Source of the DNA: a virus
Lineage: Duplodnaviria > Heunggongvirae > Uroviricota > Caudoviricetes
Reading direction: 5' to 3' (one strand)
DNA: 64,000 nucleotides
Virus record (IMG/VR): IMGVR_UViG_3300033066_001266
Span: 22,423-86,422 of that record
The position numbers and the translations under genes were made by a program. The notes below the pieces were generated by a model that ran no database searches, had not been told where the DNA came from, and saw only the letters and a program-made list of their open reading frames with translations. Below, in pieces: positions 14,078-24,500 of this stretch (the stretch's first letter is position 1; each line of letters starts with the position of its first letter).

Positions 14078-14427
14078 TGCCTTACGGAACAGATTCTTTT
14101 ACAGATAGATACGGGGATTACAAGCAACCTACAGTTGTTGATTACGATCAATCAACTAATAAAATTGTTGTATCTTCTGATTTATCTGTAGAAGAATCTT
14201 TAAATAAACATAAGGAAGATGTTGAATCCGCTTTAAAAGAGATTTTGGAAACCAATCCTTTCCATGCTGGAAACAGATATATGGAATTTGTCTTATCAGA
14301 CAATGGTAAATTAGCTTGGAATACAAAAAAGATAGAAGAAGTCAAATCTAATTCAGATTGGCTTTTTACTTTAAGACAATATCTTAATAAGGCTAAAAAG
14401 AAGTTTATTGCCAATAAAAACTTATAA
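14077..14427 (+). CDS. hypothetical protein
   Basis: 116-aa ORF, translationally coupled (ATGA-type overlap). Confidence 0.4.
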   Translation: MPYGTDSFTDRYGDYKQPTVVDYDQSTNKIVVSSDLSVEESLNKHKEDVESALKEILETNPFHAGNRYMEFVLSDNGKLAWNTKKIEEVKSNSDWLFTLRQYLNKAKKKFIANKNL

Positions 14428-14448
14428 AGTTTATAAAGGGCAAATAGA

Positions 14449-14480
14449 TTTGGAAAATTAATAAAATTAATGTATATTAT
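14449..14480 (+). promoter_or_regulatory. putative promoter (TTTG 14449-14452; TATATTAT 14473-14480, spacing 20), 5 nt before ATG 14486
   Basis: Motif family. Confidence 0.45.
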
Positions 14481-14485
14481 AATAG

Positions 14486-14872
14486 ATGGAAAATTATCCA
14501 GTAATAAAAGATGATGTAAAAATTAATAACCTATTAGATTTAATAAGGATACATTTTTATATTAAGATGATAGAAAAAAATGTGGATATAAAAAAACTAT
14601 CTGATAGAGAACTATCTATAATATGTGAGTTGTATGATTTTGGTGGATTAATGGTTAAGGATGATTTAAAAAGATTTACTGAAGTTTGTGTAGAGAGAGA
14701 TCTTTCAGAAAACTCAGTGCAATCTATAAGAAATGTGCTTGGTAAGGCAAGAGCACTTGGAATAATAAAAAGACCAAAAGCAAATAAATGGATTGTATCT
14801 AATGACTATCTACCACATTTAGATAGTAAAAAACTTATATTTAAGTATACTGTTCATAATTTAGATATATGA
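14486..14872 (+). CDS. hypothetical protein
   Basis: 128-aa ORF. Confidence 0.45.
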   Translation: MENYPVIKDDVKINNLLDLIRIHFYIKMIEKNVDIKKLSDRELSIICELYDFGGLMVKDDLKRFTEVCVERDLSENSVQSIRNVLGKARALGIIKRPKANKWIVSNDYLPHLDSKKLIFKYTVHNLDI

Positions 14873-15294
14873 TTGTAGATCATAAAAATCTTTGTAAAGA
14901 AGTCTCTGAAGAGAATAATGTTGATTTGAACTTGCTATTATCAATAAATAATATTGTATTTACAGAAGTTTACGATTGGACTAAAAACCCAGATTGTCTT
15001 AAAATATATTTAAAACATTTTGGTAGTTGGTTCTTTAAAAATAAGAAAACGAATAATAAGCTTATTATTTACAATAGAGTTATCAAAGGAGATCCAACAA
15101 TAACAGAAGAAAATAAATTAAAAATTCTTAATAAGATTAAAAATTATAATTTCATTCTTTCTGAGTATGAAAAGTATACAAAGGATAGATATGAGGTAAA
15201 ATGTAAAAAATATGGTAAAGAAGCTTATGAAGCTTATTGCATGGCTAAAAAACAGGAAAAAATTCAAAAATCCAAAAAAAATAAATCTCTCTAA
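14869..15294 (+). CDS. hypothetical protein
   Basis: 141-aa ORF; 3' end contains an A8 run. Confidence 0.4.
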   Translation: MIVDHKNLCKEVSEENNVDLNLLLSINNIVFTEVYDWTKNPDCLKIYLKHFGSWFFKNKKTNNKLIIYNRVIKGDPTITEENKLKILNKIKNYNFILSEYEKYTKDRYEVKCKKYGKEAYEAYCMAKKQEKIQKSKKNKSL

Positions 15295-15577
15295 TATTGT
15301 TAATTATGTTGAAGCAGAAGTAAGACATTGGAAATCTACTTCAAAATTTTTAGATAATCCAAAACATATAGATGAACAGTCAATTTGGAGATTATCTCAG
15401 GTAAAAGAAAAGAGTCCAGAATGTCTTCAAGAGTTAAGATGCAAAAATTGCGGATGTTTAACAATTGAAAAATCTTTTGAGACTCAAGCTTGTGAGGAAG
15501 GATGTTATCCAAAACTAATGTCTGAAATTGAGTGGAAATTATTTAAAGAAAAAAATAATATTGAGAATTTAAACTAA
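15212..15577 (+). CDS. hypothetical Cys-cluster protein (start uncertain; overlaps upstream ORF by 83 nt in +1 frame)
   Basis: C-terminal CKNCGC...CEEGC; the N-terminal overlap part is poly-Lys read from an A-rich region. Confidence 0.3.
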   Translation: MVKKLMKLIAWLKNRKKFKNPKKINLSNIVNYVEAEVRHWKSTSKFLDNPKHIDEQSIWRLSQVKEKSPECLQELRCKNCGCLTIEKSFETQACEEGCYPKLMSEIEWKLFKEKNNIENLN

Positions 15578-15583
15578 ATTATT

Positions 15584-16294
15584 TTGTATTATATTTACAG
15601 ATATATTAGACTTGATAAAAATGAACCTTTTTATATCGGGATGGGAACTAAAAGTAATAAAATTCATAGAAGTTTTAAATCAGAATATTCAAGAGCTTTT
15701 CGTAAACATAAAGAAAATAAATTAGTTCAAAATATAATTAATAAAACTAGTTACAAAATAGAAGTTATTTTTGAATCACCAAGTAAAAATGAAATACTAA
15801 ATAAAGAAATTGAATTTATAAAGCTTTATGGAAGAATTAATTTAAAAACAGGATGTTTGGCTAATTTAACAGATGGTGGCGAATCAAATAATAATAGAAT
15901 CGGTAAGAAAATATCTAACAGACATAAAAAGATTCTATCTGATAGGATGAAAATAAATAATCCAAACAAAAATGGTAAATATTTACCATTTGACATTCCG
16001 GGTGTAAGGGAAAAAGTAATGGAAAGAATGAAAAATAATAATCCAAGAAAATTATTTTTAAATGAAAAAGATATTTATATTAAAAAATGTTACCAGTATT
16101 CTTTGAACGGCGAGTTTATAAAAGAATGGCCTTCTTTAAAAGAAGCTAAAACACAGACAAATATAAAAACTATTGGACAATGTTTGACTGAACAATGTAA
16201 ATCTGCTGGTGGATATTTGTGGAAATATGATAAATTAGAAAAAATCGACAAGTATAATCCAAAGAAAAATTTTTATAAAATACAAATTTCATAA
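15584..16294 (+). CDS. GIY-YIG homing endonuclease (Seg-like)
   Basis: YYIYRY...EPFYIGMG (GIY-YIG), EFIKLYG, plus a C-terminal NUMOD-like DNA-binding segment. Confidence 0.65.
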   Translation: MYYIYRYIRLDKNEPFYIGMGTKSNKIHRSFKSEYSRAFRKHKENKLVQNIINKTSYKIEVIFESPSKNEILNKEIEFIKLYGRINLKTGCLANLTDGGESNNNRIGKKISNRHKKILSDRMKINNPNKNGKYLPFDIPGVREKVMERMKNNNPRKLFLNEKDIYIKKCYQYSLNGEFIKEWPSLKEAKTQTNIKTIGQCLTEQCKSAGGYLWKYDKLEKIDKYNPKKNFYKIQIS

Positions 16295-16295
16295 T

Positions 16296-16607
16296 ATGAT
16301 TAATTTCGATAATTTAGAATTTGATTTGGGTGATGTAAAACATGGACAAACCAAATCAGTTGATGTAAATGTTACTAACAATAGTTCTTCTACAGTTAAT
16401 CTAATACCTAGCAATGCCAGTTGCTCTTGCACAACAGGTAGTGTTGACTACAGTACAATGCAACCAAATTCAAAAGCAATATTTAAAATTAGTTTTAATT
16501 CTAATAAATCTGGTAGAGGTAAACAAGCAAAATCAATTAACCTGACTTATACTATAAATAGACAATCATTTTCTCAAGTATTTAGAATTAAAGCCAATGT
16601 TATATAA
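16296..16607 (+). CDS. DUF1573 domain protein
   Basis: FDLGDVKHGQ...VNVTNNS...NASCSCTTGS...FKISFNSNKSG matches the DUF1573 pattern, a family typical of Bacteroidetes. Confidence 0.5.
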   Translation: MINFDNLEFDLGDVKHGQTKSVDVNVTNNSSSTVNLIPSNASCSCTTGSVDYSTMQPNSKAIFKISFNSNKSGRGKQAKSINLTYTINRQSFSQVFRIKANVI

Positions 16608-16863
16608 ATTATTTAGTGCTGTACACAGATGTATGCCATGTCAAATGCTTGTTCTCTCGTTAGAAAGAGAATTTCCAGAATGGAAACAATATGTAGAATA
16701 TGTTGAAGCAGATAGTATGTCTGATGAACAAAGACAATTAGCAACTGAATTAAGAGTAATGAGATTACCTACTTTTACAGACAATGTAAAAATTATTGAG
16801 TTAAAAGGTTCTCCAATACAAAAAGCCAAACAAATAAAAGGATTATGTCTTACAAAGGAGTAA
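16597..16863 (+). CDS. thioredoxin-like protein
   Basis: CMPC redox motif plus downstream LPTF. Confidence 0.45.
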   Translation: MLYKLFSAVHRCMPCQMLVLSLEREFPEWKQYVEYVEADSMSDEQRQLATELRVMRLPTFTDNVKIIELKGSPIQKAKQIKGLCLTKE

Positions 16864-17555
16864 AAGCTTTCCTCTCTGAATTTAAAGAACCTTTTAATTT
16901 TAAGAAAAAGGCTAAGGAAAGATTAAAAGAAGAGAATGAAAGAGCTTCCAAACAAGCCATAGAAGAAATGGAAATTATTCTTAAAAAAGAATATGATGAA
17001 GCTACTAAAAGAGGAGAGAAGCTCCATAAAAAAATAGAAGATAAAAAAACCAAAATCAAAAAATATATAGTAGAAGGATGGGAAGACACCAAAGGAAAAG
17101 GAGATCCTAATCCTTCTACTAATATCCTAAAAAACAATACTTCATATTTAGAGAAAAGAATAGTTTCAGTTAAATATGAATTAGTAGGATATGCAGACGA
17201 AGTGGAAGTAAAAAACAATACAATAAATATAGAAGATTCTAAGACTACCAAAAGAATATATAGAAACTCTTCTATTAGACTTAAAAATGGCTTCGTACTT
17301 CCCCCAAGATACTATTACTCTCCTATAGAACATATACAAGATTGTAATTTTTATCAGGCAGCATTACAAATGTCTATATATATGTATCTTCTTTGGGTGT
17401 ATAATAAAAAATTAAAACCAGGAAAATTACATATAAGACATATAAAAACAAATGACCAGGATGATATATTAGATGAAGAGCTTATTGAAGTTCCTTATCT
17501 TTTAGAAGAAGTTAAAAAACTTCTAAAACACAGATTAAAAAACAGAATCAAATAA
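16845..17555 (+). CDS. PD-(D/E)XK (RecB/Cas4-family-like) nuclease, putative
   Basis: GYAD...IEDSK motif spacing and QxxxY (QMSIY). Confidence 0.35.
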   Translation: MSYKGVKAFLSEFKEPFNFKKKAKERLKEENERASKQAIEEMEIILKKEYDEATKRGEKLHKKIEDKKTKIKKYIVEGWEDTKGKGDPNPSTNILKNNTSYLEKRIVSVKYELVGYADEVEVKNNTINIEDSKTTKRIYRNSSIRLKNGFVLPPRYYYSPIEHIQDCNFYQAALQMSIYMYLLWVYNKKLKPGKLHIRHIKTNDQDDILDEELIEVPYLLEEVKKLLKHRLKNRIK

Positions 17556-18119
17556 ATGAAGGCTAATCTATATGAAATGAAAAATGGCAGAGCAACTATA
17601 ACAAAACATTGTTATACGATTGCTCGCTTAAAAGAAGTTATAGATACATATGGAGAAGTCATAGCTGCTAAAGTATTTACTGTCTATGAGTATATGTCTG
17701 ATTTAAATCCAGATACTAATCCATTTGCCAACATAGATGAAGGAGAAAAGCTTGAATTCATAATTAGACATGTATGTCCAGATCTTCCATTAGATATAGA
17801 TTGGTTAGATGATTTGTATACAGATGGTATAGAATTAACAAGAAAGTGTTTTGAAACACCATCTTATAGAGAATACTTGGCTAAAAAAGCATTACAAGAT
17901 AAATTAAATAAAACTATACATGATACTTATGTATCAGTTTCAAGAGATGATGGAAACATTACTGAAATAGACAGAGCAATAAAAATGTCTAGTGTTGTTG
18001 GAGAAGCTGTTAAAAAAGCATACTCTGAATTTGAAGCTGAAAATGGATCAGTACAAAGAAAAGGGGGGAGAAGAGCTGTTACCAGAACAATTGGTGGCAA
18101 GGCAAACGAACTAGAATAG
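17556..18119 (+). CDS. putative terminase small subunit
   Basis: Position immediately upstream of the large terminase; 187 aa; no motif evidence. Confidence 0.3.
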   Translation: MKANLYEMKNGRATITKHCYTIARLKEVIDTYGEVIAAKVFTVYEYMSDLNPDTNPFANIDEGEKLEFIIRHVCPDLPLDIDWLDDLYTDGIELTRKCFETPSYREYLAKKALQDKLNKTIHDTYVSVSRDDGNITEIDRAIKMSSVVGEAVKKAYSEFEAENGSVQRKGGRRAVTRTIGGKANELE

Positions 18120-20368
18120 TGAAAGTACCTATAAAAAATATACCAACTTTTGATGCTAATAAAAAAGAGTGGGAAATAACATCTTTTAATTCTCAGAAAG
18201 AATTTGCAAACTTTCTTTTGGAAAATTGTTTTAAAGAACCAGGAAAATACGCTTTTGATGAATCTACTTTAGATTGGAATAGATTAGCAAAGATCTTTGA
18301 AAAAGATAAAATATACACTTCTGTCGCAGAGGGAAGTACAGATTATTGGAAATTTTGGGATGAAGAAGAATTAAAATGTAGATTAGGAGTATTGTGGAAA
18401 CATAATGGTAAAGTTTGGTATTTAACTAGAGATTATTATTTTCTTCTTAATTTTTGCCCTATTATTAATAAGGAGAGAGGTAATGAAGAAAGTTTTTGTT
18501 CTATAAGAGATGTTCAATATCACATGATGATATATGAAAAAATTGCAGAATTATTACATTTACATTCTGTAATTTTAAAAAAACGTCAGATGATGTTCTC
18601 AAATTGCCACTCTGCAAAAGTTCTTAATTTTATTTGGTTTGAAAATAAAAAGACTGTTAAGATACTTGCTTCTGATGAAGCATATCTAGATGATGTGAAT
18701 GGTTCTTGGAAAATGATTAATGCTTATAAAAACCATTTAAATCAACATACAGGATGGGTTAGAATATTTAGTCCAGAAAGTTATCCATCTATTCAACAGA
18801 AAGAAAAAATAAAAGTTGCTGGTAAATGGGTAACAGAAGGTAATGAATCAACACTTGTCGCAAAGACTCTTAAAAGAGATGTTACAACAGCAGTGGGTGG
18901 AGCAGCATATTTTATATGGCATGAAGAAGGCGGGATTGCACCAAAAGCAGATACTACATTACAGTACTTAGCACCCGCTCTCGAAAGTGGAAATGAAAAA
19001 TCTGGTAGTTTTTGTATAGGTGGTTCAGTAGGTGATTTAGATGCTTGTGGTCCACTTAGAGAATTCATGAAAGATCCAGAAAAGTATGAAATGTTAGCAG
19101 TACCTACTAATTGGTATGACGAGACAAAACAAACAAAAATGTGTGGTTTATTTATACCGACACAATATGGAATGCCTCAAGCAGTAGATGAATTTGGAAA
19201 TACAGATGTTGAAAAAGCTCTTGAACTTATGGCACAACAAGAAGAGCAATGGAAGCAATTACCACCAGAACAATATATTTTAAGAAAATCTCAAAACCCA
19301 AAAACAATTAAAGAAGCTTTTGCTTGGAGAAAGCAAGCTTATTTTAATGTTCAAAGAATAGAAAGAAGACAAGAAGAACTGAAAATACAATTGGCTAGTG
19401 GAGATATAAAGCAAGATCAAGGCTTGCTTTACGAAGATAAAAATGGCGATATAAAATTAAAGAAGTTAGAAGACTTTGCTGAATATGATAGACCACAAGA
19501 AATAGGTTATCCGGTAGTTGAGACACTTAGAGATAAAAGAGGGTGTGTTACAATATGGGAAAAACCAGAACATGGAACTCCAAATTTATATTATGCAGGA
19601 GTTGACCCAATAGGCTTACAAGATAACTTTACTTCTCCTTCAGTTTTTTCAATGCACATTTATAAGAGAGGATATACAGAAATAGACCAAACAACAGGAG
19701 ATAAAAAAACAGTTAGAGGCAAGATAGTTGCTACATATAGAGGAAGATTTAAATCTGTTGAAGACACTAATGAAATGGGTTTGCTTTTACTCAGATTATA
19801 TAAAGCTAAAGCAGCCTGTGAAAGAAACAAAGATAACTTTATAAATTTCTGTAGAAGAAAAGGTTACTCAAGTTTAATAGCCATGAAAAAAGATCTTCCT
19901 TTTGATAAGGATATAGATATGGCAGGTACAAAGAACGATGAGTATGGAATTTACAAAGGAGCTGATGGTGCATTAGAAAGAACTTTGAAGAAAAATGCTT
20001 ACGATTATTTAGAAATAGAAGTAGATACAATACATAAAAAAGTTAAGGATAGTGAAGAATTAGGAGATATTGTGAAAACAATAAGAGGCTACCAACTTGT
20101 AAATGACTATTGGATGTTAGAAGAATATAAGCTTTATAATGATGAAGATAACTTTGACTCATTCATATCATCATCATTAGCTATTTCCTACGGAACTGCA
20201 GCTGAATTAACATATGAGAAAAAAGTATATAAACAATCTCAAGCATTAAAACCAAAAGAACCACCAAAGCCAAAAATAAGAAGTATGTTACCTAGTTATG
20301 GTAGAAGACCAATTTCAAGAAAGCCAAATCAAAAGAATAATAACAATAGATCACTTTTAAATTATTAA
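18119..20368 (+). CDS. terL: terminase large subunit
   Basis: Walker B KILASDEAY; nuclease-domain motif YYAGVDPIG; size and position upstream of the portal. Walker A degenerate. Confidence 0.6.
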   Translation: MKVPIKNIPTFDANKKEWEITSFNSQKEFANFLLENCFKEPGKYAFDESTLDWNRLAKIFEKDKIYTSVAEGSTDYWKFWDEEELKCRLGVLWKHNGKVWYLTRDYYFLLNFCPIINKERGNEESFCSIRDVQYHMMIYEKIAELLHLHSVILKKRQMMFSNCHSAKVLNFIWFENKKTVKILASDEAYLDDVNGSWKMINAYKNHLNQHTGWVRIFSPESYPSIQQKEKIKVAGKWVTEGNESTLVAKTLKRDVTTAVGGAAYFIWHEEGGIAPKADTTLQYLAPALESGNEKSGSFCIGGSVGDLDACGPLREFMKDPEKYEMLAVPTNWYDETKQTKMCGLFIPTQYGMPQAVDEFGNTDVEKALELMAQQEEQWKQLPPEQYILRKSQNPKTIKEAFAWRKQAYFNVQRIERRQEELKIQLASGDIKQDQGLLYEDKNGDIKLKKLEDFAEYDRPQEIGYPVVETLRDKRGCVTIWEKPEHGTPNLYYAGVDPIGLQDNFTSPSVFSMHIYKRGYTEIDQTTGDKKTVRGKIVATYRGRFKSVEDTNEMGLLLLRLYKAKAACERNKDNFINFCRRKGYSSLIAMKKDLPFDKDIDMAGTKNDEYGIYKGADGALERTLKKNAYDYLEIEVDTIHKKVKDSEELGDIVKTIRGYQLVNDYWMLEEYKLYNDEDNFDSFISSSLAISYGTAAELTYEKKVYKQSQALKPKEPPKPKIRSMLPSYGRRPISRKPNQKNNNNRSLLNY

Positions 20369-20370
20369 CA

Positions 20371-23193
20371 TTGAAAATTAGTAACAAAATTATTCTTACT
20401 GGTAGAGATTTGATTAAAGGAGAGGTAACTAAAAAAAATTTAAATCAAAATTCTTTTTTAGAGGCTACCCCTTGGCAAATGGTTGAACTTGAAGATAAAA
20501 CCCAAGAATGGAAGGAATGGAATGCAGATTATTTTGAATGGATAGGGCTAAATCAAGTTAAATTAAAGAAAAGAAAAATTATTAAAAATAGAAGGCTTGC
20601 TTCAGGTATATTAGATATGGAAGATTATCTAATAGCAGATGTTGGAGATATAGCTCAAGTACAAAACTGGAATTTATCAGAAGAAACACAAAACTCTCTT
20701 CACAGTTTTCATCCATTAATACCACCTTTTCTAAAGGTATTAGACGGAGAATTCCTAAAAAGAAATCTTAAAGTATATGTTTCTTGTACTGATAGAAATA
20801 CAGAAGATGAAAAATTAGAATATAAGAGAGGTCTTGTAGATTCTACTCTTACAAAACTTATAATCTCTCAGAGAGAAGAGGCTTTACAAAAAGCTGGTTT
20901 ATCTGAAGTAGATGAAAATGGTCAACAAAATCAAGAATATTATTCTGAAATGCAAGCTGCTAAAGATTTAGCTGTAGCACAAGGAAAATACAAATCATAT
21001 AGACATATCTATGAACAATTTGGACAACATGTAATAAATAAGGATTATGATAGGTTTGGGATGGCTGAACTTGAAAGAGAGGCTTTCATGGAAACCAATT
21101 GTAATTCAGCAGAATATTGGCATATTGATTTGAAGGAAGACGGTTATGAACCAAAATTTTTAGATTCAGCAGATGTATTTAAACATCAGTCAAAAAATAT
21201 AAAATATGTTTCTAAAGGAGATTATGTAGGATGGTTTGAAGAAATGACTACCGGAGATATAATCAATGAATTTGGAAGAAAATTAACTAAAGAACAATTT
21301 GATCTTTTAAAGCAAACTTTAGAGACTTATAGCAACACTCTTCAAAATGGTGGTGGAACATCTTTAGTTGCTCATGAACTTGGATTTCCTGGAGCTTATT
21401 ATGATTCATCTAAACCTTATCCAGAAGGTAGAATGAACAGACCAATGGCTGATTATTGGAGAGGAGAAAATTTAGATGCAATAGCTAATAATTTTAGAAA
21501 TGCATCTTCAGAAACTATAGCAGGTGTATTTAGCAATGGATCAGTTAGTTTCTCATCACCCAAAATGTTTAGGGTTATGAGGCTTTATTGGAAAAGTCAA
21601 AATAAAATTGGATGGCTAACTAAAAAAGACAGATCAGGTCAAGTAGTGTTTCAAAATTGGATAGATGAAAATTTTAAACAAACTATAAAACCTATATATG
21701 ATAATACTATAACTAATGAAAAATCAAAAGTTAATTTAGTTTATGGTGAGCATATTGATTGGGAGTGGGTTAACGAATGGAGACACATTATTAAAATTAA
21801 CAATAATGTTGAAAATGCCTTTTGGAAAAATCAAAATACATATGGCTTTGATCCAATCTATATAGATGGAGATAGAGTTAAGTTTCAATTTTCTGGTAAT
21901 AAAGATAATCCATATGAAGTTTACCCTCCAATAGAAGGTGTTGAATTTAAGATGAAACAGGTTAGACCAGTTTCAGTAGTAGATTTGCTTGCACCATCTC
22001 AAAAAGATTATAACATAGCAAGAAATAAAATTCCTGAAATTATGTTTCATGATATAGGTCTTGTTGCTTCTTATGCTAAGTCTATGATGATGAATAATTC
22101 TCCGGGTTCAGAAGGAGTTAATCCAAGAGAGGATATGCTTAGAACTTTAAGAGAAGATAAAATATTTGAATATACTCCTCCTGATAAAGATATATTAATG
22201 CAGTATGGCAATGCCTTACCGGTTAGACCAGAAGTACTTGATTTATCAAGAATTAAAGAAGGTTTGCTTTATCTTGAAGTAGCAGACGGTATTAAAAGAC
22301 AGGCAGGACAAATTATAGGTATATCAGATTCAAGACTAGCTCAATCAAAACCTAGTCAAACTGCTACAGGTGTAGAAAATGATATTAATTTCTCTGAAAC
22401 TCAAACAGAGCCATATTTTCACCAACATATAGTGGAGTTTATGCCAAGAGTTTATACAAGAATGCTTGAGGCAGCTCAATACTATTGTACATATCATGAA
22501 TCTGCAAGAGTAGCTTATCAGACAACTGACCAAGAAAATATATTTCTTGAGGTTGAAAACATGGAAGGTCTTCCTAGAAATTATAATATAAGATGTACTT
22601 CGGATATTAAAGAAGCTACTATTAAAGCTAAATTAGAAAAACTATTCTTAGAGAATAATACTACCGATGCCTCTTTACTAGAACTTGCTCAAGGAATAGA
22701 AAAAGATAGTCCAGCTGAAATAATAGAAGAATTGAGAAAAGCTCAAATCTCCAAAGAGAAAAAAGAGCAGCAAGCATATGAAAGAGAAATGCAAGAAGCT
22801 CAGGCTGAAAGAGATGCAGCTAAACAAAGACAAGATGAACTTTTAGCTTACCAAAAAGAAAGAGATCAACTTGATAGAGAATCTGAAGAAAAAATAGCTG
22901 AAACTAGAGCTCTAGGTGGTATTCAAACTGATGCAGATGCTGATGGAATGTTGGACGCAGCAGAAAATATAAGAAAAGATAAGCAACTGAGAGACACACA
23001 AGTTAATTTTGATAAAAAATTAACCTTCGATGAAAAAAAACATAATGATACTCAAAGCTTAGCAAGAGAACAAATGCTTAATAAGACTGCTATAGAACAA
23101 AAGAAACTTGCCGCAGCAATAGTTAATATGAATAGACAGACAGATAAAAAATTGTCTAAACAAATAGCTAAAAAACAAGGAGTTACAAAATAG
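20371..23193 (+). CDS. putative portal protein
   Basis: 940 aa directly after terL; K/E-rich coiled-coil C-terminus; TTG start. Confidence 0.45.
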   Translation: MKISNKIILTGRDLIKGEVTKKNLNQNSFLEATPWQMVELEDKTQEWKEWNADYFEWIGLNQVKLKKRKIIKNRRLASGILDMEDYLIADVGDIAQVQNWNLSEETQNSLHSFHPLIPPFLKVLDGEFLKRNLKVYVSCTDRNTEDEKLEYKRGLVDSTLTKLIISQREEALQKAGLSEVDENGQQNQEYYSEMQAAKDLAVAQGKYKSYRHIYEQFGQHVINKDYDRFGMAELEREAFMETNCNSAEYWHIDLKEDGYEPKFLDSADVFKHQSKNIKYVSKGDYVGWFEEMTTGDIINEFGRKLTKEQFDLLKQTLETYSNTLQNGGGTSLVAHELGFPGAYYDSSKPYPEGRMNRPMADYWRGENLDAIANNFRNASSETIAGVFSNGSVSFSSPKMFRVMRLYWKSQNKIGWLTKKDRSGQVVFQNWIDENFKQTIKPIYDNTITNEKSKVNLVYGEHIDWEWVNEWRHIIKINNNVENAFWKNQNTYGFDPIYIDGDRVKFQFSGNKDNPYEVYPPIEGVEFKMKQVRPVSVVDLLAPSQKDYNIARNKIPEIMFHDIGLVASYAKSMMMNNSPGSEGVNPREDMLRTLREDKIFEYTPPDKDILMQYGNALPVRPEVLDLSRIKEGLLYLEVADGIKRQAGQIIGISDSRLAQSKPSQTATGVENDINFSETQTEPYFHQHIVEFMPRVYTRMLEAAQYYCTYHESARVAYQTTDQENIFLEVENMEGLPRNYNIRCTSDIKEATIKAKLEKLFLENNTTDASLLELAQGIEKDSPAEIIEELRKAQISKEKKEQQAYEREMQEAQAERDAAKQRQDELLAYQKERDQLDRESEEKIAETRALGGIQTDADADGMLDAAENIRKDKQLRDTQVNFDKKLTFDEKKHNDTQSLAREQMLNKTAIEQKKLAAAIVNMNRQTDKKLSKQIAKKQGVTK

Positions 23194-23222
23194 TGTTATA
23201 TTAGGAAAATAAATCAAATAAA

Positions 23223-23253
23223 TTTGGAAAGTTAAATTAATTAACGTATATTA
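23223..23253 (+). promoter_or_regulatory. putative promoter (TTTG 23223-23226; TATATTAA 23246-23253, spacing 19)
   Basis: Motif family; upstream of ATG 23266. Confidence 0.45.
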
Positions 23254-23265
23254 AATTGTAAAAAC

Positions 23266-24468
23266 ATGGAAATAGGAACAATGTCCGCAGAAGAACTTGC
23301 AAAAAGTTTTTCAAATCAAGATCAAATCCCACCAACTCAAAATCAACAACAAGCGCCCCCTGCAAATGAGGTATGGAATTTTGATCAATTACCTTTAGAA
23401 GATAAGAATGCAGAAGATTTAGCTAAAGAATTTGAACAAAAGAAAGTTGAAGCTAAAAATTCAGATGGTACTGAAAAATCACCTGAACAAATTGCTGAAG
23501 AACTTGCTGCAAAAGCCGAAGCTGAAAAAGCAATAGTAGGAAAAACTAAATTAGATGATAGTTTTAAACAAGGACTAGATAAGTTATTTAAAGAAAATAA
23601 ATTAAATCCTTATTCAGACGGTACAGAGAGTGGATATGTTTTACCAGAGACATTTGAAGATGTTCTTGAATTAATAGAAGATAATAAGAAGTCTTGGGTT
23701 GAAGGTGCTAAAGCTAAAGATAGAGAAGAGCTTGTAAATGAAATACTTGCTACAAAAAGTCCAGCTTGGCAATTTTTAATTCAAAATTCAGATAGATACA
23801 AAGATCCGGGAGAATTAGTTCCTCTTTTAACAGCAGTTCAAAATCAGGAATATTCTAATTCTTTAGATCCAAAAGTTGCAGAAGATCAAGAAAAAATAGT
23901 AAGAGCTTCCTTATCTATTCAAGGATTGCCGCCTCAAGCAATCGAAGATGAAATTACAGATCTCAAAGAAAGAAATAGATTAGAGAAAAAAGCAACAGAT
24001 TTAAAACCTGTTTTAGACAAGTTTAATCAACAACAAACTGCTTTAGTTCTCGAAGAAAAGAAAAAAGAAGAATTAAAAAATGAGGCATTCTGGAATAATC
24101 ACTATCAAAATTTAGAAAACACTGTTTTCAAATCAAAAGATCTTGATGGAGTTAAATTAAAAACTGAGCATAAGCAATTGATTGCAAGTGCTTTAATTCC
24201 AGATAAAGAATTAGGTGGATTACCAATATATACAATAATAGATAATCTAATTGCAAAAGGTAATTTCACAGCTCTTTCGAAGATTGTATTACTTGGTGAA
24301 GATGAAAAGCTTTTTGATACTTATTTCCTAACAGAAAAAGCAGGTAAAAAAGCAGAAGGTGTTCAGAAAGTATTAAGACAATCTGGTATAAGCTCTAACT
24401 CTACAGATTCAGAAGATGAACCAAGAGTTAAACCAATCAAAAAATCCTCTTACGGATATTTTGGTTAA
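23266..24468 (+). CDS. putative scaffolding protein
   Basis: Acidic, E/K-rich, predicted coiled coil; between portal and capsid genes. Confidence 0.4.
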   Translation: MEIGTMSAEELAKSFSNQDQIPPTQNQQQAPPANEVWNFDQLPLEDKNAEDLAKEFEQKKVEAKNSDGTEKSPEQIAEELAAKAEAEKAIVGKTKLDDSFKQGLDKLFKENKLNPYSDGTESGYVLPETFEDVLELIEDNKKSWVEGAKAKDREELVNEILATKSPAWQFLIQNSDRYKDPGELVPLLTAVQNQEYSNSLDPKVAEDQEKIVRASLSIQGLPPQAIEDEITDLKERNRLEKKATDLKPVLDKFNQQQTALVLEEKKKEELKNEAFWNNHYQNLENTVFKSKDLDGVKLKTEHKQLIASALIPDKELGGLPIYTIIDNLIAKGNFTALSKIVLLGEDEKLFDTYFLTEKAGKKAEGVQKVLRQSGISSNSTDSEDEPRVKPIKKSSYGYFG

Positions 24469-24500
24469 TAAAAAACGACAATTTAATAATTATAAAATAG

